Notes: generated from the sequence alone by a model not told the origin. DNA of 64,000 nucleotides from Octopus bimaculoides (GCF_001194135.2 NC_068999.1:16215320-16279319); one strand, 5' to 3'; shown: positions 1 through 11,386, counted from the stretch's first letter. Made by a program: numbers and translations.

Positions 1-481
1 ATATATACATACGTGTATTTGTATGTATTTCTGTGTGTGCGTAGGCATATATATATATACACATAAATATCTACAGATATATATACACATTCATATCTAC
101 ACACGCATACACACACATATATATTGGTTTCTTTATGCATGTAATATATATGTATGTGCATATATNNNNNNNNNNNNNNNNNNNNNNNNNNNNNNNNNNN
201 NNNNNNNNNNNNNNNNNNNNNNNNNNNNNNNNNNNNNNNNNNNNNNNNNNNNNNNNNNNNNNNNNNNNNNNNNNNNNNNNNNNNNNNNNNNNNNNNNNNN
301 NNNNNNNNNNNNNNNNNNNNNNNNNNNNNNNNNNNNNNNNNNNNNNNNNNNNNNNNNNNNNNNNNNNNNNNNNNNNNNNNNNNNNNNNNNNNNNNNNNNN
401 NNNNNNNNNNNNNNNNNNNNNNNNNNNNNNNNNNNNNNNNNNNNNNNNNNNNNNNNNNNNNNNNNNNNNNNNNNNNNNNNN

Positions 482-512
<31 letters not shown>

Positions 513-817
513 AGCAGTCTATGTGGATGGATGTGTAACATAATTAGAAAGATTAGAGTTACGTAATGCAGAAGCATTGAAACACACAACCCCCTCCCAC
601 ACACTGACACAAACTTACACACACATACACTTCTGTGTTTGACATTTTGGGTTTTTTTCTTCTGCGTGTGTGATATATATCGAGAACTGATGAAGATTAA
701 TTAAGGTTAATTAATGAATTTTGCTATTGAGTACATTCAATTTCTTTTAAAAATTATTGTGCATTTAAATGGTATATCTTCGAGTTCAACATATGCCTTT
801 TTCTTTAACTGAATATT

Positions 818-1017
818 CTTCCTGACTCAAGGCACAAAGCCCGTATTTTTGTGGGGAGGGGCCCAGTCGAATAGATCGACCTTCAGTACGCAACTGGTAC
901 TTAATTTATTGGTACTGTAAACATGAATGTTATAGTCAACCTCTGTGGAATTTGAACACAGAACATTAAGACAGACGAAATACCGCTAAGCATTTCGCCC
1001 AGCGTACCAACGTTTCT
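818..1017 (-). mobile_element. SINE family A copy (tRNA-derived, about 220-240 bp), head truncated by an adjacent copy
   Basis: Reverse complement carries the family A core (GAGTTCAAATTCC B-box-like motif, GTCGAC...TTCAT, AAGTACCAG) shared with many copies in the window. Probably one of the octopus OK/OR1/OR2 SINEs; exact name not verified. Confidence 0.85.
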
Positions 1018-1238
1018 TATTTCTTTATTGCCCAAAAGGGGCTAAACATAGAGGGGACAAACAAGGACGGACAAAGGGATTAAGTCGATTACATCGACTC
1101 CAGTGGGTAACTGGTACTTATTTAATCGATCCCGAAAGGATGAAAGGCAAAGTCGACCTCGTCGGAATTTGAACTCAGAACGTAATACCGCTTAGCATTT
1201 CGCCCGACGTGCTAACGTTTCTGCCATCTCGCCGCCTT
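1018..1238 (-). mobile_element. SINE family A, near-intact copy with alternative 3' end
   Basis: Head AAGGCGGCGAGATGGCAGAAACGTTAGCACG on the - strand, B box GAGTTCAAATTCC, core GGTCGACTTTGCCTTTCATCCTTTCGGGATCGATTAAATAAGTACCAG, 3' end TTAGCCCCTTTTGGGCAATAAAGAAATA. Confidence 0.92.
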
Positions 1239-1387
1239 TCTTTAACTGAATATTATTTTTGTTCTTGTTAGTGTCGGTGTAATTTCATATTTTGCTCTTG
1301 TTGTTTGTGTTATGTTTGTGAATATTTCAGCGATGTTGGTGTTGCTAGTGGTTCCACTGGCCGTGGTGTGTGTTATATTCATGTGTG

Positions 1388-1427
<40 letters not shown>

Positions 1428-3082
1428 TATCTTTTTTCGCTGTTTGTATTCCACGGATATTCTTCTTTCGAGATATATATTTTGAGTTATAATCTCGTTA
1501 TTATATACGCGCAATACAAATAACAGCGTAAAAAACAGAGAGATCAGATTTTAATGTACATTAAACTCGCAACAACGTTTACATGTATTTATCAAATACA
1601 CAAAAACGCACAGTGTATGCACACATAGACATGCACACACTATATCCCGCACTCATACATTTACACACACAAACTCATTCCCCCCTACACACACACACAT
1701 TTATCTACATTCACACAACCATATTTTTGTATGTATACAGGAAATTCCTAATAACGATTAATTTAGGACACAGTTTTTTGTAAAAATTAAGTTGATTACA
1801 TTAAGGAGAAGAGGTTGTTTGTAACCCCATAATTTTGATGACAATAAAAGTTAGATAACCATGTATATTCTAAGTATTTTTTATCCACATATCTGCATGT
1901 TTAAAGATGGAGAAAAGGGGAGAGAGACAGTTTGAGACACCACAACCTTAAGGTGCAACGTACTNNNNNNNNNNNNNNNNNNNNNNNNNNNNNNNNNNNN
2001 NNNNNNNNNNNNNNNNNNNNNNNNNNNNNNNNNNNNNNNNNNNNNNNNNNNNNNNNNNNNNNNNNNNNNNNNNNNNNNNNNNNNNNNNNNNNNNNNNNNN
2101 NNNNNNNNNNNNNNNNNNNNNNNNNNNNNNNNNNNNNNNNNNNNNNNNNNNNNNNNNNNNNNNNNNNNNNNNNNNNNNNNNNNNNNNNNNNNNNNNNNNN
2201 NNNNNNNNNNNNNNNNNNNNNNNNNNNNNNNNNNNNNNNNNNNNNNNNNNNNNNNNNNNNNNNNNNNNNNNNNNNNNNNNNNNNNNNNNNNNNNNNNNNN
2301 NNNNNNNNNNNNNNNNNNNNNNNNNNNNNNNNNNNNNNNNNNNNNNNNNNNNNNNNNNNNNNNNNNNNNNNNNNNNNNNNNNNNNNNNNNNNNNNNNNNN
2401 NNNNNNNNNNNNNNNNNNNNNNNNNNNNNNNNNNNNNNNNNNNNNNNNNNNNNNNNNNNNNNAAAACAATTAGCGCGACATATTTTGTTTATCACTTTTT
2501 TTTTTCTTTTTTTTTTGTGTTTTTCAAATCAATCAAAGGAAATTTAATGATCCAGCTTCGCCGTATTGGCAATGGTCAAAACAAACTAAGAAAAAAAAAA
2601 ACACGCTAATGAATATTCAATTGCTTTAAAGTTTTCTTTTTTTCCTTGGGCTTTAAAATATCCGTTATATGCATTCCGTAATAATTTCAAAAAATAAAGA
2701 AATAAAATTTAAAAAATGCATAAAAATGCACTTTTTCATAAACATAATTTTCCCCAAAATATTAAACAAATATGAGTACGTGAATAAATACTTGTATACA
2801 AGGTGTTTCTCTGTTTACATTTATGTACGTGTTCATGTGGGCATATGTTTGTGTGGTTTTCATCTGTATATTCGATGTATATTTTAAAATGCCAACATGG
2901 ATTGCAATCTATATAAACACACTTCATAGACATATGTCTATAAACGTTAATTTATCTTCAGCAAAACTTTAAAAAAAAATAGAACTAGAAATCAAGCCAA
3001 CGCAGGTCAGGCAAGTACACCTGTACAGTCGGTACACCTCCTAACGTCCGGTAGCAGTCGTAGTAGTAGCCGAAGTAAAAAC

Positions 3083-3118
<36 letters not shown>

Positions 3119-3360
3119 TGTAGTAGTGGCAGCAGCAGCAGTAGTAGTAGTAATTATCCTCTCGGACTGACGAATATACATTAGCCGTTAATCTTTCGTG
3201 CTTGTTATTCGTGCACAGATTCGATTTTTCCTGTAAACCCCACGTCCTCCCCCCCCCCTCGTAAACTTTTTTTTGAAATGTCCCATCCCATTGACGCCCT
3301 TGTGGCAAACAACAGAAATAATCGCCATCGTAGTTGTTATTATTATAATTATTATTAATA

Positions 3361-3391
<31 letters not shown>

Positions 3392-4132
3392 TTTACTTTT
3401 GTAATTAATAAATCTCCCCTTGGCACACAATCAATATTATTTATAATTAATTCGTTATTTATAATTTATCTTTTTGTTCCTTTTTTTCTTTTCCTGTTAT
3501 TTTAACTCCCGTTTGTAAGGCCATGTACTTTTTGACTTTTTGTGTCCTTTTCTTTTTGTATTGATTGTGTTACTTTTTTTTTTTTTGCTTTGGTTCTCTC
3601 TCTCTCTCTCTCTCTTTCTCTTGGTTCGATGTAATATAATCCTTTTCTTTTTTTTTAATCTCCTGGTCATAGAGTTTAAACATTAGTTGTAAAAACAGCT
3701 ACCAGCCTAACAGATATAATGAGCTTAAACTTCAAGTAGAGCATCAAGGAAAAATAACAACAACAACAACAAACACCACCACCATCACCACCACTACTAC
3801 TACTACTGCTACTACTACTACTACTGAATTGACGGAAGTGGCTTCTAATTATTATAAAAACACCAAGTAAACGTATAAAAAATTATTCTGTTTATGAGGT
3901 AAACCAGTCATCGATAGGTAGCTAAATAAGTTAATTGCGAATTGAATAAAGATCAGGTTAATAGTTATATTAATGAGAATAAAATAAATAAATAAATAAA
4001 TAACAAGTCTTTCAAGGATAAAATACTACTGTCGATTTAAACATGTAAATTAATCTACGGATATATAAATAGTTTAAGGGATTTATGCTGTTTTTTTTTT
4101 TTTGATGTGCTGCTGTAATTAATAATAATAAT

Positions 4133-4345
4133 GGTTTCAAATTTTGCCACAAGGGCAGCAATTATGAGGTAGGGGATGAATCAATTACATCGACCCCAGT
4201 GCTTCACTGGTACTTAATTTGTTGATCCCGAATGGATGAAAGGCAAAGTCGACTTCAGTGGAATTTGAACTCAGAATGTAAAAAAAAAAACGGACGATAT
4301 GCTGCTAAGCATTTAGCCTGGCGTGCTAACGATTTTGGCAACTCG
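4133..4345 (-). mobile_element. SINE family A copy
   Basis: Plus strand reads ggtttcaaattttgccacaagggcagc...ctggtacttaatt...gatgaaaggcaaagtcgac...gaatttgaactcagaa...gcgtgctaacg, colinear with 1018-1238. Confidence 0.9.
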
Positions 4346-4349
4346 AATG

Positions 4350-4460
4350 GTCCCCAGTATTTCAATGGTGTCTGTTTATCGAATCCTGTAAAAAAAAAAA
4401 AAAAAAAAAAAAGGTAAAGATGACCTCGGCGGGATTTCGACTCACACCGTAAAGGGTCGT
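4350..4460 (-). mobile_element. SINE family A fragment
   Basis: ccccagt...aaaggtaaagatgacctcggcgggatttcgactca matches the family A core, interrupted by a poly-A run. Confidence 0.6.
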
Positions 4461-4470
4461 GATGATTCTA

Positions 4471-4597
4471 TCAATCCACAAATTGTAATATAAGTCCTTG
4501 TGCTATGATAAGGGTCCGAATATAGAACAGTGTGCTTGCATCGGGTAAGAAATCTTCGCAAGTTTTGTATAACATGCACCTCCTGTTATCTCCCTCT
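4471..4597 (-). CDS. Candidate terminal coding exon (EGDNRRCMLYKTCEDFLPDASTLFYIRTLIIAQGLILQFVD*)
   Basis: Lies within ORF 4471-4713. Acceptor tatctctccttaatag|A is phase 2, compatible with the donor at 5788. No homolog recognised. Confidence 0.22.
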
Positions 4598-5449
4598 CTA
4601 TTAAGGAGAGATATCTGATACAGCAATGGGTGATGTTTGTGATGTTGTTGATGCTGTTTACACACTGCTGAAGAATGATTGAGTTGACAGACTTCTAATA
4701 AAAGACATCCCAACCACGATCATAATCCCGCCATCTTTCTTTGACTTTTTCGGGCGGTATTTTTCCATGTGTCATTTAAGTATTTATAGAAGAAAAAAAA
4801 AAAACCCAAAAACTAAAAACAAATACAATGGCTTAATATGATTTCAGAGAAATTGGCTGCTATTTCTGGCGGATTCAATGACCNNNNNNNNNNNNNNNNN
4901 NNNNNNNNNNNNNNNNNNNNNNNNNNNNNNNNNNNNNNNNNNNNNNNNNNNNNNNNNNNNNNNNNNNNNNNNNNNNNNNNNNNNNNNNNNNNNNNNNNNN
5001 NNNNNNNNNNNNNNNNNNNNNNNNNNNNNNNNNNNNNNNNNNNNNNNNNNNNNNNNNNNNNNNNNNNNNNNNNNNNNNNNNNNNNNNNNNNNNNNNNNAT
5101 ATATATATATATATATATATATAAAGTATTAAAGTATGTATGTACTTATAAGATAACGTCTGTAGGAATGATTGGATGGTTAAATGGTTAGATGGATGGA
5201 TTGAAGGACGATGGATTGATAGACAGCTGGACGGGATGTTGTAGATTAGGCAGCGTAATTAAAATAAGTACAAATGCATACTTAGTACTGCATTGTAACG
5301 AGGGCGGATGGATCGGTCATTTACTGAAATCAGTTTGTAGTTTCCTTGACGAACACACGAACACAGCAAAACAAGAATGCAGGATATCAGAAAATCTCAT
5401 GCATTCACTGAAGTTAGTTAAAGCTAACGGTACCGAGACCGTTCATTTG

Positions 5450-5490
<41 letters not shown>

Positions 5491-5787
5491 ATACAGCCTG
5501 TCTGTCTGTTTATAGAATGAGAGAAGCGTTCATGTATATAGCTATACGTTTGCTTACATGTATGTATTTATATATGTATCTAAATAGGTATANNNNNNNN
5601 NNNNNNNNNNNNNNNNNNNNNNNNNNNNNNNNNNNNNNNNNNNNNNNNNNNNNNNNNNNNNNNNNNNNNNNNNNNNNNNNNNNNNNNNNNNNGAGCGTGT
5701 GTTTTGCATGTGTGTGTGTGTGTATCTCTATGAGTATGCATTTATGTGTATATACATACATGCATATATACATGCATATACGCTCAC

Positions 5788-5872
5788 ATAGCATAGCAAA
5801 TTTTCTTTGTTTTATAAGCCAAGGCGGACACGATGCGGTCCTCGTTGTAGATCCGATCGAAGTACTTAAGCA
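5788..5872 (-). CDS. Candidate internal exon (xLKYFDRIYNEDRIVSALAYKTKKICYAx)
   Basis: Long pyrimidine tract ending tcgtgtag|, donor AT|gtgagc, open frame, and a run of G/C-ending codons unusual for this AT-rich window. Alternative: the + strand frame SQGGHDAVLVVD resembles a Ty3/Gypsy integrase motif. Confidence 0.28.
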
Positions 5873-6424
5873 CTACACGAAAGAAACGGAGGAATAACGG
5901 AAGAAAGAATTGAAAGTAAGAAAGAAGAACGTAGGAAAACAGACCGGAAGGAATGTAGAATGGAGTTAAAGAATGAACAAATCATCATTGTAATATTAGT
6001 AAATATAGGTACGTAACTAAGAGGTGTTAAAGAGGTTGTTTACCAGCGCTTTCTTTTTGTTTTTTGTTTTTTACGATACATGAATAAACGCTTGGTTTTA
6101 TATGTACTTTCATAATGCTATTAGTTTCACCTGGTACATTTGTTTTAGAAACTATTTTCGTCGTGTATTACTAGTTATTGCTTCGAGCATGGGATATTTA
6201 ACAGCAGAATCACTAGCGTATGGTATAATAATGCGTTAGTACGTCCAATTACCATTCTTAACGTTATATGCTCGAACCCCACCGAGACCAATTTTTATAG
6301 GTTATATGTCAATTTTGGGATTCAGAAAATACAGTACCAGTAATTACCAGTAATTTTCTTGATCTAATTTTGATGTTTTTAACCCTTTTGCTTGTGTAAG
6401 TTGTCATTTATTGGTTGAAGATAT

Positions 6425-6575
6425 TAGATCTTTAGAACCGTGAGAGCGTCTTACAAAGTCTCTTGCGACTTTTAGTGGCGGCCCAAGAAGTTTTGAATTT
6501 ATATACTACCGATGTCGATTTTCATTTTTATTCTTCAAGGGTCCCAAAACTAAAGCACCAACCATATACTAAGGC
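6425..6575 (+). mobile_element. Degenerate SINE family A copy
   Basis: gtcgattttcatttttattcttcaagggtcccaaaactaaagcaccaacc aligns to the core gtcgactttgcctttcatcctttcggggtcgataaattaagtaccag. Confidence 0.55.
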
Positions 6576-6689
6576 TGACATTATAGACTATATTCTCAAT
6601 CTCCATTCTGAAAGAAATTTCAGCCTACGTAAGTAAATATCATTTATTGCCTCTGCATTAAGAGACGGCATGGATTGTTAAATTCTGTA

Positions 6690-6890
6690 GCATTGAAGGG
6701 CAACGTGCCTTGCGTTATATGCTCCATCGTTTTATATAGTGAGTTCAAATCCAGTCAAGATCATATTTATGATTCATCCTTTCGAGCTCTTTCGAATAAA
6801 TTACCAGCTATGTGCTGGAATCTATGTACTCGTCTGTTTCCCCCTATCTCCAAAATATCTGGCCTTGTGCCTATGAATGAAAAATATTTT
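6690..6890 (+). mobile_element. Degenerate SINE family A copy
   Basis: gagttcaaatcc, ttcatcctttcgag, aaattaccagc and ggccttgtgcc occur in family A order. Confidence 0.7.
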
Positions 6891-6954
6891 CAGCTTCTCT
6901 TTGTGCTACTGCTGTGCGACTGCTTATAGACGTTCTGCCGATTCCTCTGCTGAA

Positions 6955-7110
6955 GCTATTGCTAATACTACTACTACTGCTACTGCCTGTGGCAGCGCTG
7001 CTGTAACTGCTGCTGGTGGCAGCGCTGCTGTAACTGCTGCTGGTAGCAGGGTTGCCGCTGCTGCTGCTGTTGTGTTTGCAATTGTTGATATTATTTATAT
7101 TGTTATCATT
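6955..7110 (+). repeat. Compound (CTA)/(CTG) trinucleotide repeat with a 27-bp tandem duplication
   Basis: gtggcagcgctgctgtaactgctgctg occurs twice in tandem (6989-7042) inside low-complexity sequence. Confidence 0.85.
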
Positions 7111-7273
7111 GTCGATAGGGAATGTGACTGGATTCCATGGAATCAAAATCGTGTAGGAAGTGCTGTAACTCTAAAGATGGTATCACTGGGAATATTTTTG
7201 AGTAATGCTGTTATTGTCGTTGTTGGTGATGGTGGTGGTAGTGGAGTTTATGGTAATGAAGTTGTCGTTGTAG

Positions 7274-7445
7274 GTGGTGATTATAATAGTGGTTTCAAAT
7301 TTTGGCACAAGACTAGCAATTTTCGGTGGTAGGGCGTTTACTCGATTATACCAACCTCAACACTCAACTGGTTTACCGATCCTAAAAGAATGAAAAGCAA
7401 ATTCAACGGCGACGGAATTGAAACTCAAAACGTAATGAGCTCGAT
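7274..7445 (-). mobile_element. SINE family A copy (first of three tandem copies)
   Basis: ttcaaattttggcacaag...caactgg...gaatgaaaagcaaattc...gaattgaaactcaaaacg. Confidence 0.75.
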
Positions 7446-7454
7446 GAAATATCG

Positions 7455-7660
7455 GATTCAAATTTTGGCAAAAGGCCACAGAGACGGGAGAGTAGGTAAG
7501 AAGATTACGTCAGACCCGTTGCTCAACTGGTACTTATTTTATCGACCCGGAAAGGATGAAAAGCAAAGTTCACCTCGGAAGAATTTGAACTCAGAACTTA
7601 AATACAGACGAAATACTTTTAAGCATTTTGCCCGACGTGCTAACGATTCGGACAACTTCT
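7455..7660 (-). mobile_element. SINE family A copy (second of three)
   Basis: caactggtacttattttatcgacccggaaaggatgaaaagcaaagtt...gaatttgaactcagaac...gacgtgctaacgattc. Confidence 0.88.
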
Positions 7661-7779
7661 CTTCTTCAACCGAAGAAATATTGCAAAGCATTTTTTCTGA
7701 AGCTCTAAAGATTTTGCTATCTCGGTGACTTTCGTCGTTACAATAGTGACAGTATGATTACGGAAATGATATTTTCTCC

Positions 7780-7950
7780 TATAGGCACAAGGCCTACAAT
7801 TTTGGAGGAAGGGACCAATCGCTCCCATCAGACCCAGTGCTCCGGTCGTACTTATTTCATCGACACCGAAACAATGAAAGGCAAAGTCGACGGCATTTGA
7901 ACTCATAAGGCTAAGAGAGACGAAATCATTTTGTTCGGTATGGCAGGTCT
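7780..7950 (-). mobile_element. SINE family A copy (third of three)
   Basis: ggcacaaggcc...gtacttatttcatcgacaccgaaacaatgaaaggcaaagtcgac...atttgaactc. Confidence 0.82.
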
Positions 7951-8123
7951 TCCATCTTCGTACTCTGGATTCAAATGCCACTTTAAGTTGATAGGTGATG
8001 AATATGATATCTATGATGTTGAAGATGATTATGATAATTATATATAGATAAATGATATTGCTTTTATAGTAAATATTGACTTTGGTTCTTTTTATGCGTC
8101 TTTTTTTTACATGTTTTAAATAG

Positions 8124-8238
8124 GATAAAACTCAGTGTCCCTGATCTTCTGAGGGACCTGCTAAACTGGTGAAAGACGCTGAAACCGAAGACGTTGCCCA
8201 ACGTCTCGCTACAGAATTGTCTCTGCAATGCACAAAAG
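8124..8238 (+). other. Exon-like segment with one in-frame TGA (DKTQCP*SSEGPAKLVKDAETEDVAQRLATELSLQCTK), or an RTE RT remnant
   Basis: Acceptor ttttttttacatgttttaaatag|G, donor AAG|gtacaa, higher GC than the flanks. The peptide AETEDVAQRLATELSLQCTK also resembles the segment following YADD in RTE reverse transcriptases. Confidence 0.2.
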
Positions 8239-8384
8239 GTACAAGAAAGTAACACAATCTTAAAGTAGATGATAGAGAGTTATTGCACCTGTTGTCATTG
8301 TCATTTAGCCCAAGGTAAAACCCGATAATCATAACCACTTAAATTCCAGTCATCGTTCTGTAAGATCATATTATATTGTGAACA

Positions 8385-8783
8385 AGGCGCAGGAGTGGCT
8401 GTGTGGTAAGTAGATTGCTTACCAACTACATGGTTCCGGGTCCATTCCCACTGCGTGGCACCTTGGGCAAGTGTCTTCTACTATAGCCTCTCTGGCCGAC
8501 CAAAGCATTGTCAGTGGATTTGGCAGACGGAAACTGAAAGAAGCACGTCATATATATGTATATATATATATGTGTGTTTGTATATGCTTGTGCGTCTGTG
8601 TTTGCCCCCCCCCCGCCTCCAACATCGCTTAACAACCGATGGTGGTGTGCTTACGTCCTCGTAACCGAGCGATTCGGCAAAAGGGTCCAATAGAATAAGT
8701 ACTAGGCTTCCAAAGAATAAGTCCTGGGGTCGATTTGCTCGATTAAAAAGGCGGTGCTCCAGCATGGCAGCAGTCAAATGACT
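8385..8783 (+). mobile_element. SINE family B (tRNA head + CORE-like domain + internal microsatellite + 3' body), about 390 bp, runs into a gap
   Basis: Head AGGCGCAGGAGTGGCTGTGTGGTAAG, CORE-like GGCACCTTGGGCAAGTGTCTTC, central (TA)/(TG) tract, 3' body ending GGCGGTGCTCCAGCATGGCAGCAGTCAAATGACT. Resembles octopus CORE-SINEs (OR type); name not verified. Confidence 0.93.
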
Positions 8784-9914
8784 NNNNNNNNNNNNNNNNN
8801 NNNNNNNNNNNNNNNNNNNNNNNNNNNNNNNNNNNNNNNNNNNNNNNNNNNNNNNNNNNNNNNNNNNNNNNNNNNNNNNNNNNNNNNNNNNNNNNNNNNN
8901 NNNNNNNNNNNNNNNNNNNNNNNNNNNNNNNNNNNNNNNNNNNNNNNNNNNNNNNNNNNNNNNNNNNNNNNNNNNNNNNNNNNNNNNNNNNNNNNNNNNN
9001 NNNNNNNNNNNNNNNNNNNNNNNNNNNNNNNNNNNNNNNNNNNNNNNNNNNNNNNNNNNNNNNNNNNNNNNNNNNNNNNNNNNNNNNNNNNNNNNNNNNN
9101 NNNNNNNNNNNNNNNNNNNNNNNNNNNNNNNNNNNNNNNNNNNNNNNNNNNNNNNNNNNNNNNNNNNNNNNNNNNNNNNNNNNNNNNNNNNNNNNNNNNN
9201 NNNNNNNNNNNNNNNNNNNNNNNNNNNNNNNNNNNNNNNNNNNNNNNNNNNNNNNNNNNNNNNNNNNNNNNNNNNNNNNNNNNNNNNNNNNNNNNNNNNN
9301 NNNNNNNNNNNNNNNNNNNNNNNNNNNNNNNNNNNNNNNNNNNNNNNNNNNNNNNNNNNTGGTGGTGGTGGTGGTGGTGGCGGCGGCGGTGGCGGTGGTG
9401 GTGTTGGCGGTGGTGATGGCGGTTTCATGTGAGCTTGGCTTTGTTGGACGGAAGATCATAAGGTTTTATGGTCTAGTAATAATAATTTCACTACAGTAAC
9501 AGTCTTTCAAGCCAAGAAATTTCAGTACCAGTAAAACATACCTGCACATATAAATGAATATTTATATACAGAATACGTATATACACACACACACATACAC
9601 ACACTCACATACGCGCTCGCTTGCACACACACAGATATACATATACTTACATACACATTTATAAGTTGTAATAATTAAATGAACCCAAATAGTGATATTT
9701 AAAATCATTTAATACGTAAGTTTCATGTTTACGCAATATATAATCGAAAAATTACGTACGATACGACCTTCGTCAGCGTTTGGTAATGGTTTAACTTAGG
9801 AAGGCCTTAGGTAATGGAGGTATTTCTTATTATATATTACACAGGTATGCCTGGATGTACATGTGGAATCCCCAAATATACGCAGGGTATAAAGAAATAA
9901 ATTTTAATAGAAGG

Positions 9915-10111
9915 TGGATTGAACAGGCTTTATTACAAATTGCAGCAATGGATTCAACACATCATTACAAGTTGTTAATTGTTGTATACAGCTATTGTTG
10001 AATCAGACTGCGGTATTGTGAACAATTTATGTAACACCCAGCAATAAATAAATAGAAGATAATGATATATTGAAACAGGTGTAGTGATTTGTAATAAACC
10101 TGTTCAATCCA
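9915..10111. repeat. Inverted repeat (25-bp arms) with a nested inner inverted repeat; MITE-like fold-back
   Basis: tggattgaacaggctttattacaaat (9915-9940) pairs with atttgtaataaacctgttcaatcca (10087-10111) with one bulge. Inner pair: gattcaaca (9951-9959) and tgttgaatc (9996-10004). Confidence 0.75.
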
Positions 10112-11386
10112 ATCTATCTTATGAAAATGTGTTCACAATATGTGTGTGTGTATTCATATATATATATATATANNNNNNNNNNNNNNNNNNNNNNNNNNNN
10201 NNNNNNNNNNNNNNNNNNNNNNNNNNNNNNNNNNNNNNNNNNNNNNNNNNNNNNNNNNNNNNNNNNNNNNNNNNNNNNNNNNNNNNNNNNNNNNNNNNNN
10301 NNNNNNNNNNNNNNNNNNNNNNNNNNNNNNNNNNNNNNNNNNNNNNNNNNNNNNNNNNNNNNNNNNNNNNNNNNNNNNNNNNNNNNNNNNNNNNNNNNNN
10401 NNNNNNNNNNNNNNNNNNNNNNNNNNNNNNNNNNNNNNNNNNNNNNNNNNNNNNNNNNNNNNNNNNNNNNNNNNNNNNNNNNNNNNNNNNNNNNNNNNNN
10501 NNNNNNNNNNNNNNNNNNNNNNNNNNNNNNNNNNNNNNNNNNNNNNNNNNNNNNNNNNNNNNNNNNNNNNNNNNNNNNNNNNNNNNNNNNNNNNNNNNNN
10601 NNNNNNNNNNNNNNNNNNNNNNNNNNNNNNNNNNNNNNNNNNNNNNNNNNNNNNNNNNNNNNNNNNNNNNNNNNNNNNNNNNNNNNNNNNNNNNNNNNNN
10701 NNNNNNNNNNNNNNNNNNNNNNNNNNNNNNNNNNNNNNNNNNNNNNNNNNNNNNNNNNNNNNNNNNNNNNNNNGCATGAGCGTGTGTGTATTTGATTACA
10801 TGGTTATCGTACAAGTGTCTAAATATTTTTCAAAGGCAATAATGAAAATCATAAGATGATCAAATTTTGTAAAAATAAATTTTAATAAAAATAATAATTA
10901 TAGTATTAATAATTACGATATTAATTAAAGAAACCAACGACCGATACCTGCTGTGATACATTCAACACCAACGAACTAATGCAAAGAAAATAACAACAAC
11001 AACACTAAATAAAACGGTAAAATCGATTACTCAAGAATTGGTATGAGGTTGTATGCATTCGCGAATTCTTTTATTGAAAATACTCATTAAGTCAGCAACC
11101 ACGATTATGACAACGACGACGAGTAAAAGAACGTGAAGTGGGACAAGTGCGAGGGAGGGGGTCAAGTAGAACGAGCAGTGTGATAGTGAAATTGTAATAC
11201 TGGGATTAGTGCATTGTTGACAGCAAAGTCCCCAACAAATGTTATATTATAAGCATGATAGCAAATATTGTTAACAAAGAAAAAGCACTTTTGTAGGATG
11301 AAGACCGAGATAAACAGATGTGTAAACACACATATACTTACGCTTAGCGCTTGGGGAACATACACGCACACGTATGTCTATATATA

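Noticed and set aside
2962-3184. Open frame with poly-Ser, and a neighbouring frame with an Ig-like SGKYTC motif
   Set aside because: The poly-Ser is an (AGT)n microsatellite. The Ig-like motif is six residues in a short frame with no other Ig strands.
5819-5915. Plus-strand exon-like interval (ttttataag|...AAA|gtaaga)
   Set aside because: All three frames contain stops. It could only be non-coding, and nothing else supports it.
6540-6628. Apparent + strand exon (ttcttcaag|...CTAC|gtaagt; VPKLKHQPYTKADIIDYILNLHSERNFSL)
   Set aside because: The acceptor and the first part of the exon lie inside a degenerate family A SINE core, and its phase does not join the 8124 segment without a stop. Exonisation cannot be excluded without RNA data.
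6877-7332. 151-aa ORF resembling an S/T/A-rich membrane protein
   Set aside because: It starts and ends in SINE sequence and is built from trinucleotide repeats, which lack stops by nature.
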